The notes beneath the pieces were generated by a model that worked only from the letters and a program-made list of their open reading frames with translations, made no database searches and was not told the origin of the DNA. 64,000 bases of DNA from NCBI GenBank assembly GCA_964552375.1, contig CAZKFX010000001.1, positions 3,929 to 67,928 on the forward strand. Direction: 5' to 3'. Shown here in pieces: positions 18,541 to 26,364 of this stretch. The position numbers and the translations under genes were made by a program. Source of the DNA: an uncultured Candidatus Saccharibacteria bacterium (GTDB lineage: Bacteria; Patescibacteriota; Minisyncoccia; Minisyncoccales; CAZJYT01). Numbering within the stretch: position 1 is the stretch's first letter; each line of letters starts with the position of its first letter.

Positions 18541-18861
18541 ATGAAAATTAAAAAAGGAGACAAAGTAGTAGTTATTGCAGGAAAATACCGGGCAAAGACT
18601 GGAAAGGTAATAAAAGTTATCCCCAAAGAGAAAAAAGTGATAGTTGAGGGAGTAAATTTAGTAAAAAAACATATAAAACCAAAAAGAGAAGGAGAAAAGG
18701 GCCAAATTATTCAAACACCAGCTCCTATTGATGTGTCTAATGTAAAATTGCTTTGTCCAAAATGTGGAAAGGCTACAAGGGTAGGATATAAAATTGTTTT
18801 TGATGAAAATAAAAAAAGACAAAAAATTCGGATTTGTAAAAAATGCAAATCAGAGATATGA
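18541..18861 (+). CDS. rplX: 50S ribosomal protein L24 with C-terminal C4 zinc-ribbon extension
   Basis: KIKKGDKVVVIAGKYRAKTGKV KOW motif; C-terminal CPKCG..x17..CKKC. Confidence 0.85.
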   Translation: MKIKKGDKVVVIAGKYRAKTGKVIKVIPKEKKVIVEGVNLVKKHIKPKREGEKGQIIQTPAPIDVSNVKLLCPKCGKATRVGYKIVFDENKKRQKIRICKKCKSEI

Positions 18862-19415
18862 TGAAACTGAAAGAAAAATATCAAAAAGAAGTAATTCCAA
18901 AGATGATGGAAAAATTTGGCTACAAAAATAAAATGGCAGTGCCAAAGATTGAAAAAGTAGTCGTAAATGTGGGTTTTGGAAAATTGGTTTCAGATAAAAT
19001 CCCTAAAGAAAAAGAAAAAATTTATCAGCAAATTTTGGAAGATTTAGCCTTAATTTGTGGTCAAAGACCTATTTTAACTAAAGCAAAAAAATCAATTTCA
19101 GGATTTAAATTAAGGAAAGGAGAATCCATTGGGGCTAAGGTTACCTTGAGAAAAGATAGAATGTATGATTTTTTAGAAAGGTTAATTCATATTGCTTTGC
19201 CCAGAACAAGAGATTTTAAGGGAATTTCACCAAAATCTTTTGATAAAAATGGTAATTTAACTATTGGAATAAAAGAACATATTGTTTTTCCGGAAATTTC
19301 TCCAGAAAAGGTAAAGGAAATTTTTGGTTTAGAAATTACTATTTGCACTACTGCTAAAGAAAGAGAAGAAGGAATACATCTTTTAAAATTTTTGGGTTTT
19401 CCTATAAAAATGTAG
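18843..19415 (+). CDS. rplE: 50S ribosomal protein L5
   Basis: VPKIEKVVVNVGFGK; L5 family. Confidence 0.9.
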   Translation: MQIRDMMKLKEKYQKEVIPKMMEKFGYKNKMAVPKIEKVVVNVGFGKLVSDKIPKEKEKIYQQILEDLALICGQRPILTKAKKSISGFKLRKGESIGAKVTLRKDRMYDFLERLIHIALPRTRDFKGISPKSFDKNGNLTIGIKEHIVFPEISPEKVKEIFGLEITICTTAKEREEGIHLLKFLGFPIKM

Positions 19416-19422
19416 TATAATA
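19392..19422 (+). promoter_or_regulatory. Putative sigma70-like promoter for tRNA-His (TTGGGT-19nt-TATAAT)
   Basis: TATAAT at 19417-19422, about 10 nt upstream of the tRNA 5' end; weak -35. Confidence 0.25.
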
Positions 19423-19431
19423 TTTAAAAAT

Positions 19432-19507
19432 GGCGGTCGTAGCTTAATTGGCTAAAGCGCCTCGCTGTGGCCGAGGAGATCTGCGGGTTCGAGTCCCGCC
19501 GACCGCC
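19432..19507 (+). tRNA. tRNA-His (anticodon GUG) with genomically encoded G-1 and C73 discriminator, no encoded CCA
   Basis: G-1 + GCGGTCG/CGACCGC acceptor stem; anticodon loop CTGTGGC; GGTTCGAGTCC T-arm. Confidence 0.85.
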
Positions 19508-19513
19508 CAAAAT

Positions 19514-20068
19514 CTACCATCTTGCATTGTGAATTTTGAGCCAAAAACCTATTCTGTTTACTATTACGTGTAAAAAGAAAGTTGCTACTAAAATAAAAAG
19601 CCAAATTTTGATTTCTAATTTTAGCCAAGGTTGCAAGAAAATAAAAGCTCCAATTACATAATTTATCTGATCAAAAGGTAAAAATTTTGCTCCAGGTTTC
19701 AAATTTAATCTTCTTTTAATAAAGGCAAATAAAAGATCACCAAAGATTGCTCCCCCCGAAATTAAAAAGCCAAAAAAGAAAAGATTGATTGTTTCATAAT
19801 TTAAAATTGAAATTTTTTTAAAAAAAGAAAATTGATAAAGAAAAAACTGAATTAAAACCACGATTTCACCAACCAAAATTCCCAAAATTGCTCCTCGCCA
19901 GGTTTTATGAGAGCCAAAAATTGGCTTTCCTAAAAATTTTTTTTTAAAATCTATTTGTTTGGCTAAAAAATTAAAAAGATTAAATTTCTTTGCCAAAGGA
20001 GGAGTCATATTAGTAAAATAAGCTGGTAAAAAAAAGTAAAGACAAGATAAAATAAATTCAAAAGTCAT
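19514..20068 (-). CDS. CDP-archaeol synthase (CarS/DUF46)-like polytopic membrane protein
   Basis: FLPAYFTN and GSHKTWRGAILG resemble the CarS LLPAYFAN / GDGKTWRG motifs; 5-6 TM helices. Confidence 0.55.
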   Translation of the reverse strand: MTFEFILSCLYFFLPAYFTNMTPPLAKKFNLFNFLAKQIDFKKKFLGKPIFGSHKTWRGAILGILVGEIVVLIQFFLYQFSFFKKISILNYETINLFFFGFLISGGAIFGDLLFAFIKRRLNLKPGAKFLPFDQINYVIGAFIFLQPWLKLEIKIWLFILVATFFLHVIVNRIGFWLKIHNARW

Positions 20069-20071
20069 AAT

Positions 20072-20452
20072 TTAAGAAATAGCATTTTCAAAATGGTAAA
20101 TTTTAAATTTTTTGTTTTCAAAAATTATAGAAATAATATCAATTTGCCATTTACAATTTAGAGGAAATTTATTTTTTATTAGCCAACCCTCAGCACTTTG
20201 AATTAACCTTTTCTTTTTTTCAGAATTTACCTTTGCTTCGGGAAAAATAAAAAATTTTTTCTTTTTATTAATAGATTTTACCTCCACAAAACAAATTACA
20301 TCTTTCTTTTTTGCCACAATATCAATTTCTCCCCTTTTGCCAAAACGAGCAATTTTGAAAACAAAATTTCTATCCAATATTTTGTAGCCCTTTTCTATCA
20401 AGTAATTTTTAGCAATTTCCTCTCCTAATTTGCCACAATTTTTGGTATTCAC
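20072..20452 (-). CDS. yraN: YraN/UPF0102-family endonuclease-like protein
   Basis: GEEIAKNYLIEKGYKILDRN..GEIDIVAKKKDVICFVEVK. Confidence 0.75.
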   Translation of the reverse strand: MNTKNCGKLGEEIAKNYLIEKGYKILDRNFVFKIARFGKRGEIDIVAKKKDVICFVEVKSINKKKKFFIFPEAKVNSEKKKRLIQSAEGWLIKNKFPLNCKWQIDIISIIFENKKFKIYHFENAIS

Positions 20453-20489
20453 GAATTTTAGATTTTAAAAAAAGTTAGAGTAATTTTTG

Positions 20490-20563
20490 TGGACCTGGTG
20501 GGACTTGAACCCACATCAAGGCAATGCGAATGCCTCGTTTTTTCCAAATTAAACTACAGGCCC
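20490..20563 (-). tRNA. tRNA-Ala (anticodon CGC), no encoded CCA
   Basis: Reverse complement GGGCCTG...CAGGTCC with G3:U70; anticodon loop TTCGCAT; GGTTCAAGTCC T-arm. Confidence 0.8.
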
Positions 20564-20564
20564 T

Positions 20565-22145
20565 CTAATAAATATAGTATAAACAAATTGAAATCACAAT
20601 CAAAATAATAGGCAAGACAAGAGACCAGAAAAATGGATAGCTTTTTATTTTTTCTCTTTCAGTTTCTAAATATTTTAAAGAAATAGAAGCACCAATTCCT
20701 CGATAAAACCAGCCAACAGCTTGAGAGGGAACTCCAAACAATTTTTTAACTTTATTGATAGCAAAAAAGAGATCACCAATAAAACCAAATAGAGAGGTAT
20801 AATTTAGAAAAATTATTCCGGTAGAATCTTGGTACATCATGTCTTCGCTGAAAATAAATCCTGGAATACCTTTTCCTATTACCTTTCCAGAAAGAATAAC
20901 CGGTTTTCCTCTTAAGGGTGAAGCATAAGGATTTCTCATTTGTTCAAGTACTGTAGTTTTAATAGGGGAACTAATTGGAAATTTATACAAAGTTTGCAAA
21001 ATTAAACCAATACCAAAAGCTGCAGGCAAAAGAGCCAGTGGGAGAAAAAAGAAGGCACATAAAGTAAGAAGATAAGGCAACACCAAAATTAATAATCCAA
21101 AAAAGAAATTTTTATATAGTTTGAATTTATCAACCTTCATTCTTTTAATTGCCAAATCTATATCCAAATGAAAGGGTTTGCCTTCTTTTTTTGCAATTTT
21201 GTTTAAAAAACTTATTCTTTTTCCGGTTAAGGGATGGCTACTATTGAGTTCTACTAATTTTGCCCAAGGACTTATGATATCAAAAGCCATTACCTCAGTA
21301 ATAATTTTCTCGTCTTTTAAATCCAAAAAAGAACTAACCATGTACTTTGCATTTTTTACATCAATAATTCCCAAATGTCTTGTGCTTTGTAAAAGATGTT
21401 GAGCCTTATCAGTATCTTTTACTTTCACAATCCCGTAAGCAATTTTAAAAAGAGCACTAGAAAGATCTTTGGGATCGGTAAGTTTTGCAGAAAAAGCATC
21501 AGCCAAATATTCTCTTATCCTGCTCAAATAAAGTAGTAAATAAATTCCGATAAAGTATAAAATATAAGCAAAAACTGCAATAAATAATGTTACACTTGAT
21601 CTTTTTTCTCTGGATCTTGAGCGAATGAGAAAAGAATAAATTTCATATAATATTTGGACCAAAGTGCTCCCTATCATCATTATAATAAAATCGCGATTAA
21701 CGATATGTCCTAATTCATGAGCTATTACCGCTTTTTGTTCTCTTTCGTTGAGAAAATGAAAAATCCCTTCAGTAATAATAATTCTTGCATTGAATCTGCC
21801 AGAACCATAAGTAAAAGCAGTGGGATTTTTATCGGGAATAATTCCCACCTTGGGAAACTTAAATTTATATTTTTGAGAAACCCTTTCAATAATTTGTTCA
21901 ATTTGGGGATATTCTTTTTCAAGTTCTTTTTTTGAAAGAAATCTTACTCTGTAACACCATTTATTAATAAGATCAGTAATTGCAGGTCCCACTAACCATG
22001 AAATAAAATTAATAGTGATAGTCAATCCAATAGCAAACCAGAGGTTTATTTTTCCAAAATACAGCATTATTAAAATTATTACCGCACAGACAAAAGAAAA
22101 TAATATAAAAAGAGTAAAAAGTGAAGCAAAAAATAGTCTATTCAT
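20565..22145 (-). CDS. M48-family (HtpX/Ste24-like) zinc metalloprotease, polytopic membrane
   Basis: AVIAHELGHIVNRD HExxH motif; multiple TM helices. Confidence 0.75.
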   Translation of the reverse strand: MNRLFFASLFTLFILFSFVCAVIILIMLYFGKINLWFAIGLTITINFISWLVGPAITDLINKWCYRVRFLSKKELEKEYPQIEQIIERVSQKYKFKFPKVGIIPDKNPTAFTYGSGRFNARIIITEGIFHFLNEREQKAVIAHELGHIVNRDFIIMMIGSTLVQILYEIYSFLIRSRSREKRSSVTLFIAVFAYILYFIGIYLLLYLSRIREYLADAFSAKLTDPKDLSSALFKIAYGIVKVKDTDKAQHLLQSTRHLGIIDVKNAKYMVSSFLDLKDEKIITEVMAFDIISPWAKLVELNSSHPLTGKRISFLNKIAKKEGKPFHLDIDLAIKRMKVDKFKLYKNFFFGLLILVLPYLLTLCAFFFLPLALLPAAFGIGLILQTLYKFPISSPIKTTVLEQMRNPYASPLRGKPVILSGKVIGKGIPGFIFSEDMMYQDSTGIIFLNYTSLFGFIGDLFFAINKVKKLFGVPSQAVGWFYRGIGASISLKYLETEREKIKSYPFFWSLVLPIILIVISICLYYIY

Positions 22146-22158
22146 AAAAAATTTTTAG

Positions 22159-22229
22159 TCGGAGAGCCGAGAATCGAACTCGGGCCCCAGCCTCCCGAAG
22201 GCTGTGTACTACCATTATACTACTCTCCG
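22159..22229 (-). tRNA. tRNA-Pro (anticodon CGG), no encoded CCA
   Basis: Reverse complement CGGAGAG...CTCTCCG acceptor; anticodon loop TTCGGGA; GTTCGATTC T-loop. Confidence 0.8.
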
Positions 22230-22288
22230 TCTTTTAAAATTTTACAATTTATATTTTTTTCTTTCAATATCACTGCTTTACCCAGCCG

Positions 22289-22315
22289 TTGCTTACCCAG
22301 GGTAAGCAATTTTTG
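22289..22315 (+). terminator. Perfect 9-bp stem / 3-nt loop hairpin followed by a T-run (terminator- or attenuator-like) upstream of rsmA
   Basis: TTGCTTACC-CAG-GGTAAGCAA then TTTTTG; preceded by a TACCCAG direct repeat. Confidence 0.35.
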
Positions 22316-22358
22316 ATTGATGGCAAAAAAGTAAAAAAATTTATATAAAAATTTTAGA

Positions 22359-23159
22359 ATGAAAAAATATCTTTTTTTCAAAAAATATCAATTTTTACCT
22401 TTAAAAAAATTGGGTCAGCATTTTTTGATTAATGAAGCAATTTTGGAGAAAATTGTAAAAGTAGCCAAAATTAGTTCAAAAGATGTAGTTTTAGAAATTG
22501 GAGCAGGTTTTGGAAATTTGACAAGAAAAATTGCAATAAAATCAAAAAAAGTAATTGCCATAGAAAAAGACCCAAGAATAATTCCTCTTTTAAAAGAAAA
22601 TCTCAAAGAATATTCCAATGTAAAAATTGTTAAAGGAGATGTTTTAAAAATAGATTTTAATTTGTCTGAAGATTACAAAATAGTTGCCAATTTGCCCTAT
22701 TATATTACCTCACCGGTTTTGGAGCTTTTTTTGGAAAAAGTTAAAAAAAAGCCAAAGGCTTTGTTTTTGACTCTTCAAAAAGAAATGGCTCAAAGAATAT
22801 GTGCTAACCCTCCAAAAATGAATTCTTTGGCTATTTTTGTTAAATTTTATGCAAGACCAAAAATTATTTTTTATATTTCTAAAAATCACTTTTGGCCAAA
22901 GCCAAAAGTTGACTCTGCTTTAGTGAAAATTGTTCCTTTGTGTTCAATTCCTTTTGAAGATCCTAAAAAGTTTTTCAAAATTGTAAAGGCTGGCTTTTCT
23001 CATCCAAGAAAACAATTGATCAATAACCTTTCTGAAAAATTAAAATTGTCAAAAGAAAAGGCAAAAAATTGGCTTTTGAAAGCCAAAATTCCTCCCTCAA
23101 AAAGAGCTGAAAATTTAAAAATCAAAGATTGGATAAAATTGGCCAAATTAGATTGTTGA
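22359..23159 (+). CDS. rsmA: 16S rRNA (adenine1518/1519-N6)-dimethyltransferase
   Basis: LGQHFLINEAILEKIV, LEIGAGFGNLT, NLPYYITSP. Confidence 0.85.
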   Translation: MKKYLFFKKYQFLPLKKLGQHFLINEAILEKIVKVAKISSKDVVLEIGAGFGNLTRKIAIKSKKVIAIEKDPRIIPLLKENLKEYSNVKIVKGDVLKIDFNLSEDYKIVANLPYYITSPVLELFLEKVKKKPKALFLTLQKEMAQRICANPPKMNSLAIFVKFYARPKIIFYISKNHFWPKPKVDSALVKIVPLCSIPFEDPKKFFKIVKAGFSHPRKQLINNLSEKLKLSKEKAKNWLLKAKIPPSKRAENLKIKDWIKLAKLDC

Positions 23160-23192
23160 AATTTATTTTTTAATAAAATAAAATTAAAAAGT

Positions 23193-23747
23193 ATGAGAAA
23201 AATTTTTCTCTTTCTCTTTATTTTGAAAATTTTATTTTTTCCTTTAATTTGTCAGGGAAAATTGAGGTATTATGAGGCATGTGAGAGTGTCTCAAGTGGA
23301 GTTTGTATGACTCCTACTTATACCGTTTGTTATGATGGTTTGGTGCCATGCGGAAAAGATGTTTGGTATGCTCAAGGATCTCATCCAGATTGTCCTACTT
23401 CCTCGCTTCCAATGAGTGTTACTACTACTCATTGTCAGCTTTGTCATTTTTTTATTATGTTTAATGGCGCAGTTGATTTTCTCATTTGGGAAATTGTTTT
23501 ACCTTTGGCGGTTTTAATGCTAATTGTAGGAGGAATTTTATATATTTTAGCAATTTTAGAGTTTGTTCCTGGAGGACCCCAGACTGTAAATCAGGCAAAA
23601 CAAGTAATTAGTGCTGTTTTCATTGGTTTATTTATTGTCTTTTCTGCCTGGTTTTTGGTCAATTTATTTTTCACCTTAATTGGAGTAGCTGATTGGACAG
23701 GATTAAAAGAAGGCTGGTTTAAAATTGATTGTCCAGTAGAACTATGA
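23193..23747 (+). CDS. Secreted Cys-rich domain with C-terminal 2-TM 'GG..V..AK..I' hairpin module (paralogue of 47592 and 48642 proteins)
   Basis: Signal-like N-terminus; about 12 Cys; LMLIVGGILYILAILEFVPGGPQTVNQAKQVISAVFIGLFIVF. Confidence 0.4.
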   Translation: MRKIFLFLFILKILFFPLICQGKLRYYEACESVSSGVCMTPTYTVCYDGLVPCGKDVWYAQGSHPDCPTSSLPMSVTTTHCQLCHFFIMFNGAVDFLIWEIVLPLAVLMLIVGGILYILAILEFVPGGPQTVNQAKQVISAVFIGLFIVFSAWFLVNLFFTLIGVADWTGLKEGWFKIDCPVEL

Positions 23748-24706
23748 AATGTTATCTTGGCATAGATGTTGGTTCATTAACTTGTAAATTTGTTTTAATT
23801 AATGAAAAAACAGAGGTTTTGTATTGGAAATATTTTAGGACAGAAGGCAATGTGATTTTGGCAATTCAAAAAGGATTGAAAGAGTTAAAAGATTGGATTG
23901 ATAATTCAAATTTGAAAATTGAAATTGGAGGAGTATCCGCTACAGGTTCTGCAAGATATTTAGTAGGAGCCATTGTTGGAGCAGATTTGATTAAAAATGA
24001 AGTTACCGCTCATGCTAAAGGAGCTCTTCATTTTGTTCCCAATGTAAGAACAATCATTGAAATTGGGGGTCAAGATTCAAAAATTATTATTTTAGAAAAC
24101 GGAGTAGTAGTAGATTTTGGTTTAAATTTAGTGTGTGCTGCAGGATGTGGTAGTTTTTTAGATGCTCAGGCATTTAGATTGAAAATTCCAGTTGAAGAAT
24201 TTGGAAAATTGGCTTTAAAGTCTAAAAATCCAACAATTATAGCTTCAAGATGCACAGTCTTTGCTGAATCTGATATGATTCACAAACAACAGATGGGACA
24301 TAAAATTGAAGATATTATTGCTGGCCTTTGTGAGGGCCTGGCAAGAAACTATTTAGCTGGAGTAGCCAAAGGAAAAAAAATTTTACCTCCTATTGTATTT
24401 TTGGGTGGTGTTTCTCAAAATGTGGGAATGAGATGGGCTTTTGAAAAAAATTTGGGTCAAAAATTGATAGTTCCCCCTTACAATACCGTAATGGGGGCTT
24501 TTGGTGTTGCTCTTTTGGTAAAAGAAAAACCTCCTTTAAAGACAAAGTTTCGGGGTTTTGAAATTTATCAAAAAAATATTCAATGTAGTTCTTTTAGATG
24601 TAAAGGCTGTCCCAACCAATGTGAAGTAGTTGAAGCAAAAATAGATGGAAAGGTAATAGGAAGATGGGGAGATAGATGTGGAAGATGGTCAAATCTTATT
24701 TATTAG
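23729..24706 (+). CDS. BadF/BadG/BcrA/BcrD-type ATPase (CoA-substrate-specific enzyme activase-like) with Cys-rich C-terminal tail
   Basis: LGIDVGSLTCK; EIGGQDSKII; CAAGCGSFLD; C-terminal CSSFRCKGCPNQCEV. Confidence 0.65.
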   Translation: MSSRTMKCYLGIDVGSLTCKFVLINEKTEVLYWKYFRTEGNVILAIQKGLKELKDWIDNSNLKIEIGGVSATGSARYLVGAIVGADLIKNEVTAHAKGALHFVPNVRTIIEIGGQDSKIIILENGVVVDFGLNLVCAAGCGSFLDAQAFRLKIPVEEFGKLALKSKNPTIIASRCTVFAESDMIHKQQMGHKIEDIIAGLCEGLARNYLAGVAKGKKILPPIVFLGGVSQNVGMRWAFEKNLGQKLIVPPYNTVMGAFGVALLVKEKPPLKTKFRGFEIYQKNIQCSSFRCKGCPNQCEVVEAKIDGKVIGRWGDRCGRWSNLIY

Positions 24707-25228
24707 ATGGCAAATTTTAAAATTTTTAATAAAACTTATTTTTTACCAAAGCTTTTAAGGAAAGAATTAAAAAAGCCTTTTGGGAGGCCTATTTTTGGCA
24801 CAAAAAAGGAAGTTTTGAGAGAATTTCAAAAAATTATTAAAGAAAAAAAATATAAAAAAATAATTACAGTAGGAGATTATTGCTCTTTAAATTTACCCTC
24901 TGATATTAGAATTTTTGATGGGAAAATAAAAAGAAAAAAAGTTAATTCCCGTTTGTTAAAAGATAAAAACCTTTTAAAATGTAAAAATCCGCCGGGAACA
25001 ATTCAAAAAGAAGTTTGGCAAAAGATTAAAAAGGCTTTAAAAGAAAACAAAAATATTTTTGTTGAGGGAGAAGAAGATCTTTTGGTTATTCCTACAGTTA
25101 TTTTGGCTGAAAGAAATTCTCTTGTTGTTTATGGATTTCCTCAAAAAGGGATTTGCTTGATTGAGGTTTCTTTTAAAACAAAAAAAATCTTTAGAGAAAT
25201 TTTAGAAGAATTTGAAAGCTCAAGCTAA
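24707..25228 (+). CDS. Hypothetical protein, possibly DUF359-like (archaeal GTP-dependent dephospho-CoA kinase-like pattern)
   Basis: ITVGDYCSLNLPSDIRIFDGKIKRK loosely matches the VGDVV...PD..I.DGKTKR pattern; size about 170 aa. Confidence 0.3.
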   Translation: MANFKIFNKTYFLPKLLRKELKKPFGRPIFGTKKEVLREFQKIIKEKKYKKIITVGDYCSLNLPSDIRIFDGKIKRKKVNSRLLKDKNLLKCKNPPGTIQKEVWQKIKKALKENKNIFVEGEEDLLVIPTVILAERNSLVVYGFPQKGICLIEVSFKTKKIFREILEEFESSS

Positions 25229-25233
25229 TTTTT

Positions 25234-26364
25234 ATGAGAAAAAATTTATTTTTGTTTTCTCTGGTTGGTATAGGATTTTTTTTGTTCATTTTCTTTTGGG
25301 AAATAAAAAAAAGCTGGCATTTTAATGAAAATTTTTTAAATTCAAATTTACCAAAAAAAGAATTAAAAGCAAAAAGTCTTTCAAAAACTAAACCTCCTCT
25401 TTCCTTAAAAGTAGTAAAAGTTTTGGAGGTTTTGGGTCAACCAGAATTTGTTTTTGTTAAAGATAATCTTGCTTTTTTAGCAAGTGGATATTCTGGAATT
25501 CAAATTTTTGATGTTACAGAGCCTCAAAATGCAAAGTTAGTTGGCAGTTTTGATACTCCAGGTTATGCAGAAGGTATTTTTGTTTTAAAAAATTTTGCTT
25601 ATGTTGCCGATAAAGACGGAGGATTTTTGATTTTAGATGTTTCTAATCCTAAATTTCCCAAATTAATAAATAGAAACAAAAAAATTTCAGCTGAAGGGGT
25701 TTTTGTTAAAGATGGATTGGCTTTTTTGGCATATGCCTGGTGGGGAATAAAAATATTTGATGTTTCCAATCCCGCTTTACCAAAATTAATTTTAGAGAAA
25801 GATTTACCAGATGAGTCAGAGGCGGTTTTTGTTGATAGAAATTATCTTTTTGTAGCTAAAGCTAACTGGACCAAAAAAGATGGAAAAGCAAAAAAAGGAG
25901 ATCTTCAAATTTTTGATATTTCAGACCCCAAAAATCCAAATCTTGTTTTTACCCACTTTCCTTCAGTAGGATACGCTGAGAGTGTTTTTGTCAAAGATAA
26001 TTTACTTTTTTTAGCGGTTGATAAGGCAGGATTTTTAATATTTGATATCTCAAATCCCCAAAAACCTGTTTTGCTTTCCAATTTTAAAACTTCTGGTTCT
26101 GTAGAAAGTATTTTTGTTTTTGAAAAATATGCCTTTTTAGCCAGTGGAAAATCTGGTCTAAAAATAATTGATGTTTCTCAACCTGAAAATCCAAAATTGA
26201 TTTCTACTCTTTCAATTTCTGGCTTTTGTGAGAGAATTTTTGTTTCTAAAAATTATATTTATTTAGCAGTAAAAGAAACCCCCTCATTGGCTAATATAAA
26301 CACCAAAAAGCAAAAAGGCTATCTTTATATTATTAAATTTTCTCCAAATCATGAAAAAGATTGA
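25234..26364 (+). CDS. LVIVD-repeat beta-propeller protein, N-terminal membrane anchor/signal
   Basis: At least 6 repeats of A.G..(I/V)FV.....A(Y/F)...GG..I.D(V/I)SNP..P.L. Confidence 0.65.
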   Translation: MRKNLFLFSLVGIGFFLFIFFWEIKKSWHFNENFLNSNLPKKELKAKSLSKTKPPLSLKVVKVLEVLGQPEFVFVKDNLAFLASGYSGIQIFDVTEPQNAKLVGSFDTPGYAEGIFVLKNFAYVADKDGGFLILDVSNPKFPKLINRNKKISAEGVFVKDGLAFLAYAWWGIKIFDVSNPALPKLILEKDLPDESEAVFVDRNYLFVAKANWTKKDGKAKKGDLQIFDISDPKNPNLVFTHFPSVGYAESVFVKDNLLFLAVDKAGFLIFDISNPQKPVLLSNFKTSGSVESIFVFEKYAFLASGKSGLKIIDVSQPENPKLISTLSISGFCERIFVSKNYIYLAVKETPSLANINTKKQKGYLYIIKFSPNHEKD

